Source: Oscillospiraceae bacterium
GTDB lineage: Bacteria; Bacillota; Clostridia; Oscillospirales; Ruminococcaceae
Direction of reading: 5' to 3'
NCBI GenBank assembly: GCA_031551695.1
Contig: JAVBNG010000056.1
Location: 1 to 34,708, forward strand
Length of the DNA: 34,708 nt
Made by a program: the position numbers and the translations under genes. Positions within the stretch are counted from its first letter, which is position 1; every line of letters begins with the position of its first letter. Shown here one piece after another: positions 1-8,267 of this stretch. The notes under the pieces are model-generated. The model saw nothing but the letters and a program-made list of their open reading frames with translations. It was not told the origin of the DNA and made no database searches.

Positions 1-98
1 ACGTTAAAAACCTCCTGTTATGCTTCGGTAATGCGGTCGCCAAACCGTTACCATTCTAGCATCTGGAGGTTTTTCTCACGCTAAAGCTCGTCTCTCCA

Positions 99-123
99 CC
101 CCCAGTAGAACTGGGGGTTTATT
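99..123 (+). terminator. Rho-independent terminator-like hairpin (cccccag / ctggggg stem, 5-nt loop, then TTTATT)
   Basis: Perfect 7-bp GC-rich stem read directly, followed by a T-run. Preceded by the 13-mer tcacgctaaagct, which recurs at 123-135. Confidence 0.4.
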
Positions 124-145
124 CACGCTAAAGCTGGAATAACAA

Positions 146-180
146 CAGCCTTCCGCCCTATCCGGCGGAAGGCTGTTTTG
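146..180 (+). terminator. Strong Rho-independent terminator (12-bp stem cagccttccgcc / ggcggaaggctg, 6-nt loop, TTTTG)
   Basis: Perfect 12-bp inverted repeat with a T-tract, read directly. Likely terminates a + strand gene ending upstream of the window. Confidence 0.55.
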
Positions 181-283
181 TGCCGCACGCCAAAGCCCTG
201 CCGCCACGCGGCTGTCCGTCCTTTATTTTGTAACTTTTTTGTTGCGCAAATGTTGCATTTCGCCCTATTTATAGACGTTATTT

Positions 284-345
284 TTGTCACCGTGCTATAA
301 TTTTCTTGACAATACGAAACTTCTTTTTCTTTTATTGTTGGGTTC
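284..345 (+). promoter_or_regulatory. Putative promoter region for the hybrid kinase / GGDEF operon (extended -10 TGcTATAAT near 290-300; alternative TTGACA at 306-311)
   Basis: TATAAT preceded by TGn. A TTGACA hexamer sits 18 nt upstream of TTTTAT. There is a GC hairpin in the leader and a GCAGAGG RBS before the ATG at 392. Confidence 0.3.
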
Positions 346-391
346 CACACCCGCAAAGCGGGCGCCTCCTCATTGCAGAGGTAACAAACCC

Positions 392-1687
392 ATGAAACCT
401 ATCGTTGCTTTTCTCCTTTGTTGTGTCGCCGCCCTGCTTGCGGTGCTGGGTTTTACCGTCATGCGCTGCAGGCACGTTGCGCGTGCCCAAAAAGAGGAGC
501 TGGCGCGACAAAAAGTCCACCTTGAAAAACAGGTGGCAAAGGCCAAAGAGGCTGCCCGGGCCAAAAGCGATTTTTTGTCCCGCATGAGCCATGAGATCCG
601 CACGCCGTTGAACGCCATCATCGGCATGGTGCAAATTGCGCAAAACGCAAGCACCGCGGCCAAGGTAACGGATTGCCTGAACAAGGTGGAAAGCAGTTCC
701 AAGCACCTGCTTGGCGTCGTCAACGACATTCTGGATTTCTCCAAGATCGATTCCGACAGCCTGGTGCTGGAGCGCAAACTGTTTTCCCTTACACAGAACA
801 TCCACTTTGTCCTTTCCATGATGCAGGTGAAGGCGGAGGAAAAGGGCGTCAACCTGTCGGCCCGGGCAGCCTGCCCCCAGCACGACGGCGTGGAAACGGA
901 CATGCTGCGCTTGAACCAAGTCCTCATCAATCTGCTGTCCAACGCCATAAAGTTTACAGAGAACGGCGGCGACGTCAATTTGGACGTGGAGGAACTGGCC
1001 CACTATAACGGGGAGAGCACCTACCGCTTCACCGTGCAGGACACCGGCGTGGGCATTGCCCCGGAGCAGGCCAAAAAGCTGTTCACCCCGTTCACCCAGG
1101 CAAACGCCAGCGTGGCCCGCCTGTATGGCGGCACGGGCCTGGGCCTTGCCATTTCACAGCGCATCGTGCAAATGATGGGCGGCGACATCGAAGTGGAAAC
1201 CGAGCTTGGCAAAGGCTCTGTTTTCTGGTTTACCATACGCGTTCCGGCAAAGGGAATGGACCCCGCCCCCACGCCCACGCCGCAGCCGGAGGAAGACCTG
1301 GCCGACCTTTGCGGCAAGCGCATTTTGGTGGTGGATGACATCGAGATCAACCGTGAGGTGGTGGCCGGCCTCTTGGACGGCAGCGGTGTCATTATCGACC
1401 ATGCCGCCAACGGCAAAGAAGCCTATGACGCCTTTTGCAACAGGGACAGCCGCTATTATGATTTGATTTTGATGGACATGCAAATGCCGGTGATGGACGG
1501 CTGTGCCGCTGCGCGGGAGATTCGCGCCTGCGGCAAGGAGGACGCCGCAAACATAAAAATAATTGCAATGACCGCAAACGTGATGCCCGAGGATGTGGAA
1601 ATGGCCTATGCCGCCGGCATGGACGATTACCTCCCGAAGCCCATCGATTTTGTGGCCTTATCGCAAAAACTGGGGGCATGCTTATGA
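392..1687 (+). CDS. Membrane-anchored hybrid sensor histidine kinase (one N-terminal TM helix, coiled coil, HisKA, HATPase_c, C-terminal REC), with no obvious sensor domain
   Basis: H-box MSHEIRTPLNAIIGM. G-boxes DTGVGI and GGTGLGLAI. Receiver motifs VDDIEINREV ... LILMDMQMPVMDG. The ATG at 392 is preceded by an AGAGG-like RBS; the ORF-track start at 284 is an upstream extension. Confidence 0.85.
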   Translation: MKPIVAFLLCCVAALLAVLGFTVMRCRHVARAQKEELARQKVHLEKQVAKAKEAARAKSDFLSRMSHEIRTPLNAIIGMVQIAQNASTAAKVTDCLNKVESSSKHLLGVVNDILDFSKIDSDSLVLERKLFSLTQNIHFVLSMMQVKAEEKGVNLSARAACPQHDGVETDMLRLNQVLINLLSNAIKFTENGGDVNLDVEELAHYNGESTYRFTVQDTGVGIAPEQAKKLFTPFTQANASVARLYGGTGLGLAISQRIVQMMGGDIEVETELGKGSVFWFTIRVPAKGMDPAPTPTPQPEEDLADLCGKRILVVDDIEINREVVAGLLDGSGVIIDHAANGKEAYDAFCNRDSRYYDLILMDMQMPVMDGCAAAREIRACGKEDAANIKIIAMTANVMPEDVEMAYAAGMDDYLPKPIDFVALSQKLGACL

Positions 1688-2790
1688 AACAGCTTGCAAA
1701 CCGGGTCTGGGCAAAAAAGGCGTATCTGGCACTTGCGGCTTTCCTTGTCATGTTTGCCTTCGTCAGTTACACGTCGCTGTCGTCCATCTCCCTGCTGCAG
1801 GGCAACGCCCGGGTGGTGAACTATGTGGGCATCGTGCGCGGAGCCACGCAAAAGCTGATAAAAGAAGAGCTGATGGGCTGGCATTTGGCCCAAACCGACC
1901 CACAGGCCATCGACGCCGCGCAGTGGTATCCCGACGACGAGCTGATAGCCCGGCTGGACGGCATCATCCACGAACTGCTGACAGGCGAGGGCGAGAATGA
2001 CCTTGTGGTGCTGCAGGACGACGAGTACCTCAATAATATGCGCCAGGTGCGGACCCACTGGAAGGCACTGAAGGGCCTGATTATGGAAGTGCGCGCCGGG
2101 GCGGACCCGACCGGGATGTTCCTCTCCAGCCAGGAGTACTTCACGCTGGTGAACGAGACAGTGTTTTCCGCCGAGCGCTATTCCGAGCGCCAGGTCGCCC
2201 GCATCAACACCACATTGGTAGCCGTCAACATCATTTTTGTGCTGTTCATCGTGGCGGGCCTCGTCATGTATATGCGAAGCCTCGCCGTCAAGCGGCGGGC
2301 CGAGACCCTTGGCAAAATCGCCTATGTGGATCCCCTGACGGGCCTTGACAACCGCGCCAGCTGCGAGAGGATCGTGAAGCGGCTTATCGAAACACCGGAC
2401 GACACCGCACTTGCCGTGTTTATGTTCGACATGAACGATTTGAAACTGACCAACGATTTTCTTGGCCACAAAGGCGGCGACATCATCATTGCCGAGTTTG
2501 CCGCCGCGCTGAAAGCGGCGGGCACAAAGTATGGGTTCATCGGGCGCTTTGGCGGCGACGAGTTCCTCGGCATTTTTGAGGGGGCCGACACCAGCATTGC
2601 GGAAGCGTTTCTTGAGGAAGTGCGCCAGAGGGTGGACGAATACAACCAAGGCCAGCCGAACGCGCTGGAGCAGATCAAATACGCCGCGGGATACGTGCTG
2701 GCAAACGCGCGGGAAACAAATATCGAGGATATGATTCACGAGGCGGACAACCAGATGTACCGCGACAAGCGCCGCCTGAAAGCCATATAA
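1678..2790 (+). CDS. Diguanylate cyclase (GGDEF domain) with an N-terminal two-TM periplasmic sensor domain. Its start overlaps the upstream kinase stop (ATGA at 1684-1687).
   Basis: Motifs RFGGDEFLGIF (GGDEF), PLTGLDNR and MFDMNDLKLTNDFLGH. Two hydrophobic helices flank an approximately 170-aa extracytoplasmic segment. Confidence 0.85.
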   Translation: MLMKQLANRVWAKKAYLALAAFLVMFAFVSYTSLSSISLLQGNARVVNYVGIVRGATQKLIKEELMGWHLAQTDPQAIDAAQWYPDDELIARLDGIIHELLTGEGENDLVVLQDDEYLNNMRQVRTHWKALKGLIMEVRAGADPTGMFLSSQEYFTLVNETVFSAERYSERQVARINTTLVAVNIIFVLFIVAGLVMYMRSLAVKRRAETLGKIAYVDPLTGLDNRASCERIVKRLIETPDDTALAVFMFDMNDLKLTNDFLGHKGGDIIIAEFAAALKAAGTKYGFIGRFGGDEFLGIFEGADTSIAEAFLEEVRQRVDEYNQGQPNALEQIKYAAGYVLANARETNIEDMIHEADNQMYRDKRRLKAI

Positions 2791-2825
2791 GCGGCTTTTA
2801 CAAAAACAGTAACCGGCCTTTTATC

Positions 2826-2853
2826 AAAACCACTCGCCTGGCGAGTGGTTTTC
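2826..2853. terminator. Bidirectional terminator-like hairpin (ccactcgcc / ggcgagtgg flanked by A-run and T-run)
   Basis: Inverted repeat read directly. It lies 36 nt after the GGDEF stop. Confidence 0.5.
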
Positions 2854-2866
2854 ATTAGACAAAAAA

Positions 2867-2888
2867 CCGCCGCAGATTCCTGCGGCGG
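2867..2888. repeat. 22-bp palindromic hairpin element ccgccgcagattcctgcggcgg, copy 1
   Basis: Perfect 9-bp stem with a 4-nt loop. An identical copy lies at 3065-3086. On the minus strand it is followed by a T6 run, which is terminator-like. Confidence 0.6.
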
Positions 2889-3064
2889 CAAGGCTGTCAA
2901 AGAACGCATGAGCGCACAGGGGCCGGGGAACGCATAAGCTTATCGTCAGCCGCAAGCCGAATCGTGAACAACATTCCTTCGTTGTGCACGAAGCGGCGCG
3001 GAAGGTAGATGAGCGTTGCGTCGCCGGACACTGCGCGCGGGCTAATCTTTTTTTGACAAGCTGA

Positions 3065-3086
3065 CCGCCGCAGATTCCTGCGGCGG
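3065..3086. repeat. 22-bp palindromic hairpin element ccgccgcagattcctgcggcgg, copy 2
   Basis: Identical to 2867-2888 and in direct orientation 198 bp away. It lies 34 nt downstream of the minus-strand kinase stop. Confidence 0.6.
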
Positions 3087-3119
3087 CATATGGCGCTGTA
3101 AACATGCCCGTGAACCGTT

Positions 3120-5204
3120 TTACAAAGCCGCCTCGGCGCCCGGCACCTCCTCGGCAACAATTTGCGCCGGGGAAAGAAAGCGCAGCAACACACGGTCTAT
3201 CTCGCTGATTTCGATCGGCTTCGAAATGTAGTCGCTCATGCCGCCGTTAAGGTATAATTCCCGCATGCCCTTTATGGCGTTCGCAGTGAGGGCCACGATG
3301 GGCGTGTCCTTGTTTTTGGCCGACGACTGCCGGATTCTTTTCGTGGTTTCAATGCCGTCCATATTGGGCATCATATGGTCCATAAAAATGATGTCATACT
3401 GCTTTTTATCTCCCATTTCGCAGGCTTTCAGTCCGCTTCGCGCAACGTCCGGCACAATGCCGTAGTGCTGCAGGATCTCTGCGCATACGATCAGGTTGAT
3501 CTCGTTGTCGTCCACCACCAGCGCTTCGGTGTTCCGCAGCTTGAAGCGGCCGATTTTCACCTGCCGCCCCGCCGTTTCCACTTCGCAGTTTCCGCCGGCG
3601 CAAAGGCGTTTTACCAATGCGGGAACCAGCAAGGGTTCGTAGATAAAATCCACATTTGCCGCCAGCATGGCCTCTTCCGCCTCTTGCAGGGCCAAAACAG
3701 CCGTCAGCCGCGCCGCGCCGAAACGCGCGGGGTTTTCGGCCACGGCGGCGGACCATGCCCCATAATCGTAAAACACGTGGGTGAACGCGCCGGTTTCGCC
3801 CCCCAGCTCGTCCGGCGCATACACAAAGCGCACCGGCACGCCCAGCCGCTCGAAGACAGGGCGACAAAAGGCACAGTGCCGCCCGCACAAAACCAGCACC
3901 CGGCAGTTTTCATCAATGGCGGAAAGGTCCGCCACCACGCCCTTGCCCTCATCTTTTTGCAACACAGAAAAGGAAAATGTGCTGCCCTCGCCAAATTTCG
4001 TCTGCACGGCAAGTTCACCGCCCATCATCTCCACAATGTGCTTCGAGATGGCAAGGCCAAGCCCCGTGCCCTCGTGGGTGCGGTTTTTGGGCAGGTCCAG
4101 CCGGCTGAACGCGTTAAACATGTGGGGCGCGTCCTCCTCGCGGATGCCCGCGCCGGTGTCCCGCACGGTAAAAGTGAGGCGCGCGTTGCCGTCTTCGGCC
4201 GCCTCGCTTTCAATGCTGAAATACACATGGCCTTCGTCCGTGAACTTGATGGCGTTGTTGATCAGGTTCAAAAGCACCTGCTTCAGGCGCAGTTCGTCGC
4301 CGAACATGGCGGCGGGCAGCGCCGGGAAGATGTCGGCCACAAAGCCAAGGCCCTTGTTCGCTGCCTTCAGATTCATAATGCCGGCCACGTCGTTCACAAA
4401 AGACATGCTGTCATAGCTCGCAGGGCTAAGCTCCATTTTTTCCGCGTCCAGCTTTGAATAATCCAGGATGTCGTTGATGATTTTGAGTAAGTTGGACGAC
4501 GCCGACTGGATATTGGCAAGGTATTTGACCTGTATATTGTCAAGGGCCGTTGCGGCCATCAGATCCGCCATACCCTTGATGGCGTTCATTGGCGTGCGAA
4601 TCTCATGGCTCATATTGGCCAAAAACGCGCTTTTGGCCGAGGAAGATTGCTCTGCCTTTTCCTTCAGCAGGTTTATTTCGGTCATGTCGTGCAGCACCAC
4701 CACCACGCCCATGCAAAGGCCGGCCGGGTCAATGGCGGGGGAAACGGTCACGTTCATATGCAGGCTGTCCCCGTTTGTGTCCACCAGCTTGCCGTTGTAC
4801 TTTTGGCGCGTTTTTTCTTCCATCACGCTGTGGCACACAGTTTCCAGCTGCGTAATCCACGTGTCGGGAAAACGACGGCCAAACACAACGCGCAAAGGTT
4901 TATCCCGTAAATCGTTCATGCTGGAATAATGCAGCTGGCCATAGCTTACCTCTGTGCCAAGAATGAAATGCAGCGCCGCGTCCAGCACGAAAATCATATC
5001 CGGGCAGTTGGCTAAAAGCAGCTGGTTGTATAAAAACTGCCGCTCCTTTTCCGCCGAGTTGAAGTCGCGCATGCGCTCGATATTCTGCGTCATCACGGCG
5101 TTGTATTTTTTGTCGCGCTCCAGCCGCGCAACTTTGCGTTTCAGGTTCTCGCACTCGCGCCTGGCGGCCTCATATAATTCGCGGTAGTTTTGCCCGTCGT
5201 TCAT
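3120..5204 (-). CDS. Soluble hybrid sensor histidine kinase: coiled-coil N-terminus, PAS domain, HisKA, HATPase_c, a degenerate Cys-rich pseudo-receiver, then a C-terminal REC domain
   Basis: H-box MSHEIRTPMNAIKGM. DTGAGI and [10 protein letters not shown] boxes. C-terminal ALVVDDNEINL ... IIFMDHMMPNMDG ... TANA. No TM helices. AGGA RBS before the ATG at 5204. Confidence 0.85.
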   Translation of the reverse strand: MNDGQNYRELYEAARRECENLKRKVARLERDKKYNAVMTQNIERMRDFNSAEKERQFLYNQLLLANCPDMIFVLDAALHFILGTEVSYGQLHYSSMNDLRDKPLRVVFGRRFPDTWITQLETVCHSVMEEKTRQKYNGKLVDTNGDSLHMNVTVSPAIDPAGLCMGVVVVLHDMTEINLLKEKAEQSSSAKSAFLANMSHEIRTPMNAIKGMADLMAATALDNIQVKYLANIQSASSNLLKIINDILDYSKLDAEKMELSPASYDSMSFVNDVAGIMNLKAANKGLGFVADIFPALPAAMFGDELRLKQVLLNLINNAIKFTDEGHVYFSIESEAAEDGNARLTFTVRDTGAGIREEDAPHMFNAFSRLDLPKNRTHEGTGLGLAISKHIVEMMGGELAVQTKFGEGSTFSFSVLQKDEGKGVVADLSAIDENCRVLVLCGRHCAFCRPVFERLGVPVRFVYAPDELGGETGAFTHVFYDYGAWSAAVAENPARFGAARLTAVLALQEAEEAMLAANVDFIYEPLLVPALVKRLCAGGNCEVETAGRQVKIGRFKLRNTEALVVDDNEINLIVCAEILQHYGIVPDVARSGLKACEMGDKKQYDIIFMDHMMPNMDGIETTKRIRQSSAKNKDTPIVALTANAIKGMRELYLNGGMSDYISKPIEISEIDRVLLRFLSPAQIVAEEVPGAEAAL

Positions 5205-5240
5205 CGGTTCAATCCTTATACGTTTCGTTGTTCACGGCAT

Positions 5241-6449
5241 TTACAGCGCCATCAGGGTGATGGAAGAATGCAGCGAGCGGCTGGTCGCCTCGCCGCCGGG
5301 CACAGGCACGGGGCAAATTTCGCCCATGGCGTAAAACCCGCAGGAGGCCAGGTCCTTCAGGGCCGGCGTGTTGGTAATGTAGTCCCCTTCCACGCTGGTG
5401 TCGCCGCTCATCACCAGGTAACGCCCGCCGCACGAGGTGGAAAATAGCGTGCTGTATCGGTATTCGTCCGATGTATTCTCCTCAATTTTCTTCACCATTT
5501 CCTCGAAGCAGGCAATGCTGGACTGGCGAACCTGGTCACTGGTCAGCACGCAAACGGCAAGCTCCCAGCCAACAGGCATCTCGCCGGAAAAGGCCACGGC
5601 GCCGGTTTCAAAGTCAATGTCGACGATATTTCGAACTTTTTGCTCTTCACCAAAGCTGCCCTTCGGGTAAATGATGACCGGGCTGGAGGCGTAGGTTGCG
5701 ATACAGCTGCTCAGCATCTGGGTGGGGAAAGTGGTAAGGCCGTTTTTGGCCATGAACTGGAGGAAGGTGTCCTCCCCCACTTTTTGCACCACGTTGCCGG
5801 TGGCGGCGGTGATAACGGCGGTTTTGTCCGGCACCATGAACTTGGCCGTACCACAGGCAAACTGCGGCCGGATACCCCCGCCCAACATGTTGATGAGCAG
5901 GCGGTCGCGGTAGGGTACACCATTCACAAAAATCTCGGAGACATTGGTCTCAAGGTCGCTGGAAGACACCGCGCCGTACTGCGGCACACCGCCGGAAACC
6001 CTTGCCAGGATGTCGGTGGTGTAGTCCGGGGTCAGGTCGGTGCTGTAGGGCTGCAGGGTAATCAGCATTTTCGGCCGTTCGCCAATGCGCTCCAACGCCA
6101 GATTGTACGCGTCGGCAACCACCTGTTCCATGTTTTCCCGCGTCAGCGGCTCGGACAAAGCCATCGACCCCACCAGCTCCTCGTCGCCGGTGATAATCAT
6201 AAAGCTGACGCTGATGTCCTCGTCGGCGTGGATGCGGATAAAGGAGAGCGCTGTGGCGCCATAGATGTCAAAATCATATCTCTCGCTCAGTTTTTTCATC
6301 ACCGCTTCGCTGTCGATGGTGGAATCACACACGGCGATTCCCATGGTGCGCCGGCCGAAGGTGACATTGTCGGCAATTTGCGCGCCAAGCTCCTCGCACA
6401 GGTAGTCCACATCGTTCATCTCACTGGTGCGTGCCGTAAAAACCTGCAT
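5241..6449 (-). CDS. FIST-domain protein (FIST_N + FIST_C putative ligand-sensing module), first gene of an operon with the soluble hybrid kinase
   Basis: The approximately 400-aa stand-alone architecture is typical of FIST proteins. The C-terminal GFYAMGEICP ... LHSSIT resembles the conserved GFYxxGEIxP ... lHNqT end of FIST_C. AGGAGG RBS 7 nt before the ATG. There is a 36-nt gap to the kinase. Confidence 0.55.
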   Translation of the reverse strand: MQVFTARTSEMNDVDYLCEELGAQIADNVTFGRRTMGIAVCDSTIDSEAVMKKLSERYDFDIYGATALSFIRIHADEDISVSFMIITGDEELVGSMALSEPLTRENMEQVVADAYNLALERIGERPKMLITLQPYSTDLTPDYTTDILARVSGGVPQYGAVSSSDLETNVSEIFVNGVPYRDRLLINMLGGGIRPQFACGTAKFMVPDKTAVITAATGNVVQKVGEDTFLQFMAKNGLTTFPTQMLSSCIATYASSPVIIYPKGSFGEEQKVRNIVDIDFETGAVAFSGEMPVGWELAVCVLTSDQVRQSSIACFEEMVKKIEENTSDEYRYSTLFSTSCGGRYLVMSGDTSVEGDYITNTPALKDLASCGFYAMGEICPVPVPGGEATSRSLHSSITLMAL

Positions 6450-6489
6450 GCCAAGCCCTCCTGTTTCTTATTGTATAAAGCAGCATTAC

Positions 6490-6519
6490 ATTTTAGCATT
6501 CTTGGCAAAACATGTCAAT
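6490..6519 (-). promoter_or_regulatory. Sigma70-like promoter for the FIST / hybrid-kinase operon (TTGACA, 18-nt spacer, TAAAAT on the minus strand)
   Basis: Hexamers read directly from the minus-strand sequence upstream of the AGGAGG RBS. Confidence 0.45.
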
Positions 6520-6558
6520 TTTCGGCAAATCGATCAACAATTTCCAGCGCCAAACGCA

Positions 6559-6589
6559 CCGGCCCCCTGTGCGGCGCACAGGGGGCCGG
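6559..6589 (-). terminator. GC-rich hairpin (13-14 bp stem) downstream of the flotillin gene
   Basis: The inverted repeat ccggccccctgtgc / gcacagggggccgg lies 28 nt after the flotillin stop. Its U-tract is weak. Confidence 0.4.
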
Positions 6590-6616
6590 TCCATATATGG
6601 TGTGGGAACGCCCGAG

Positions 6617-8218
6617 CTAAACGGTCGTTTCGACAAACACCGGCTGCTGCGGGGCTTCGGGCATCCCGCTAATGTTCAGGTTTCTGGTGGTCTGCCCCTC
6701 AAATGTTTTGGCGCGCATGACCTCTTTCAAGTCAAACCCCACGGTTTCCTGCAGGGCTTCGCTTACCGCCACAAGGCCGCTGGTCACGTAACCGGCCACG
6801 TCGCTCACGCCGTCGCCGCCGGCGTTTCCGCCGCCGATAATGGTGATTTTATCGATGCTTGCAAAGGGCTCGGCCACGGCCTTGGCAAGCGCCGGCAGAA
6901 TGTCCGCGATGATCTGCAGCTTGCCCGCCTCGTCCATCTTGGCAAGGGCCTCAGCCTTCTTTTCCAGCGCCTCTGCCTCGGCCAGGCCCTTGGCCCGGAT
7001 GGCGTCGGCTTCCGCCTGGCCGCGCGCTTCAATGATCTTGGCCTCGGCATTGCCCCAAAGCTCTTGGGCTTTGGCCTGGGCCTCGCCGTCCAGCCGGGTC
7101 TTCTCCGCTTCGGCTTCGGCTTTGGCAATCTCTTCAAACTTCCGCGCCTCAGCCTCCAGCCGGCGGCGCTCTTTCTCCGCCTCGGCGGGCTCCAGCACCG
7201 TGGCAATCAACTCCGCCCGGGCGCGTTCCGCCTGGCTTTTGGCCAGCTCGATGTTCTTGTTTTCCTCCGCGATGCGCACCTGCACCTCGGCTTCGGTCAC
7301 TTCCAGCTGGCGGTTCTTTTCCAGCACCAAAGCGTCCAACTGGGTGTTTTTCACTTCTTTCGAGGTAATGTTCGCCTGGATCTCATAGGCCGCGTCGGAC
7401 ACAGCCTTTGTGGTCTCCGATTCCTTTCGGTAGGCCTCCACCTTCAGCTGTTTTTCCTTTTCGGCCAGGGCAATCTCGCTCTCGGCCCGCAGCTGGGCCT
7501 CGCGCCCGGCGCGGCCGGCTTCGGCCGTTTTGATCATCTGCTCCTTTGCCGCCTCGGCGGTTTTGATCTGCTGCTCCTTGGCGGCCTCGGCCTCGGCAAT
7601 GGCTGCTTGGGCCTTCACCTTGGCAATTTGCTCTTTGCCAAGAGACACGATGTATTCTTCGTCGTCGGAGATGTCGTTGATGGTAAAGGATTTGATTTCA
7701 AGGCCCATGGTGCCGAGGGCGGAGTCTACCACCTTTTGCACGTCGGTGGAGAATTTCTCCCGGTCGTCGTACAGTTCTTCCACGCTCATGCGGGAGACGA
7801 TTTCGCGCAGCTTGCCCGTGGCCACCTCCATCACGATGTTCTGGATGGCCTTTTTGGTGGCGGCCTCGTTCTCACTGCTGAACTGCTGCACCGCGGTGAT
7901 GATACTCTCGTTTTCGGCCTTCACTTTTACAATGAGCACGCCGTTGGCGTTGATGGGCACGCCCAGGCGGGTTTTTGTTTTGCTGATGGAAACGTTGATC
8001 TGGATGTTTTCAAGGGTGATGGTGTCTATGCGCTGGAAACCGGGAATGACCATCTTACCCCCGCCGTGCACCACTTTGGGCGCGCCCAGGCCCACGATGA
8101 CGGCGGCCTTGTCGGACGGAACCTTTTTCCACGCGCTCAGCAGGCAAATCATGACGACCACAAGGGCGGCGATGATCACGATGGCCACGCCAAAGGGGCT
8201 TGTGAGTAAATTCAACAT
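6617..8218 (-). CDS. floT: Flotillin-family protein (SPFH/Band-7 domain plus Ala/Glu-rich flotillin repeats), FloT/YuaG-like
   Basis: N-terminal TM helix. SPFH core (VPINANGVLIVKV ... ). Long EA/KA-rich coiled-coil repeats (AEAEAAKEQ ...). The 533-aa size is typical of FloT. Confidence 0.85.
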   Translation of the reverse strand: MLNLLTSPFGVAIVIIAALVVVMICLLSAWKKVPSDKAAVIVGLGAPKVVHGGGKMVIPGFQRIDTITLENIQINVSISKTKTRLGVPINANGVLIVKVKAENESIITAVQQFSSENEAATKKAIQNIVMEVATGKLREIVSRMSVEELYDDREKFSTDVQKVVDSALGTMGLEIKSFTINDISDDEEYIVSLGKEQIAKVKAQAAIAEAEAAKEQQIKTAEAAKEQMIKTAEAGRAGREAQLRAESEIALAEKEKQLKVEAYRKESETTKAVSDAAYEIQANITSKEVKNTQLDALVLEKNRQLEVTEAEVQVRIAEENKNIELAKSQAERARAELIATVLEPAEAEKERRRLEAEARKFEEIAKAEAEAEKTRLDGEAQAKAQELWGNAEAKIIEARGQAEADAIRAKGLAEAEALEKKAEALAKMDEAGKLQIIADILPALAKAVAEPFASIDKITIIGGGNAGGDGVSDVAGYVTSGLVAVSEALQETVGFDLKEVMRAKTFEGQTTRNLNISGMPEAPQQPVFVETTV

Positions 8219-8267
8219 TGTAATCCCTCCACTCTATTTGTAAGTTTGTACTGGTTGTTAGCAGTTT

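Noticed and set aside
2824-3193. 93-aa and 98-aa minus-strand ORFs in the HK/GGDEF intergenic region
   Set aside because: Their translations are dominated by the two palindromic repeat copies (AAAGICGG twice). No RBS. One overlaps the kinase 3' end. They are likely non-coding.
6512-8209. 565-aa ORF on the + strand
   Set aside because: It is entirely antisense to the flotillin gene. Its Gly/Leu/Phe-rich low-complexity translation is the mirror of the EA-rich repeats. It has no RBS. It is an artefact of high GC and repetitive codons.
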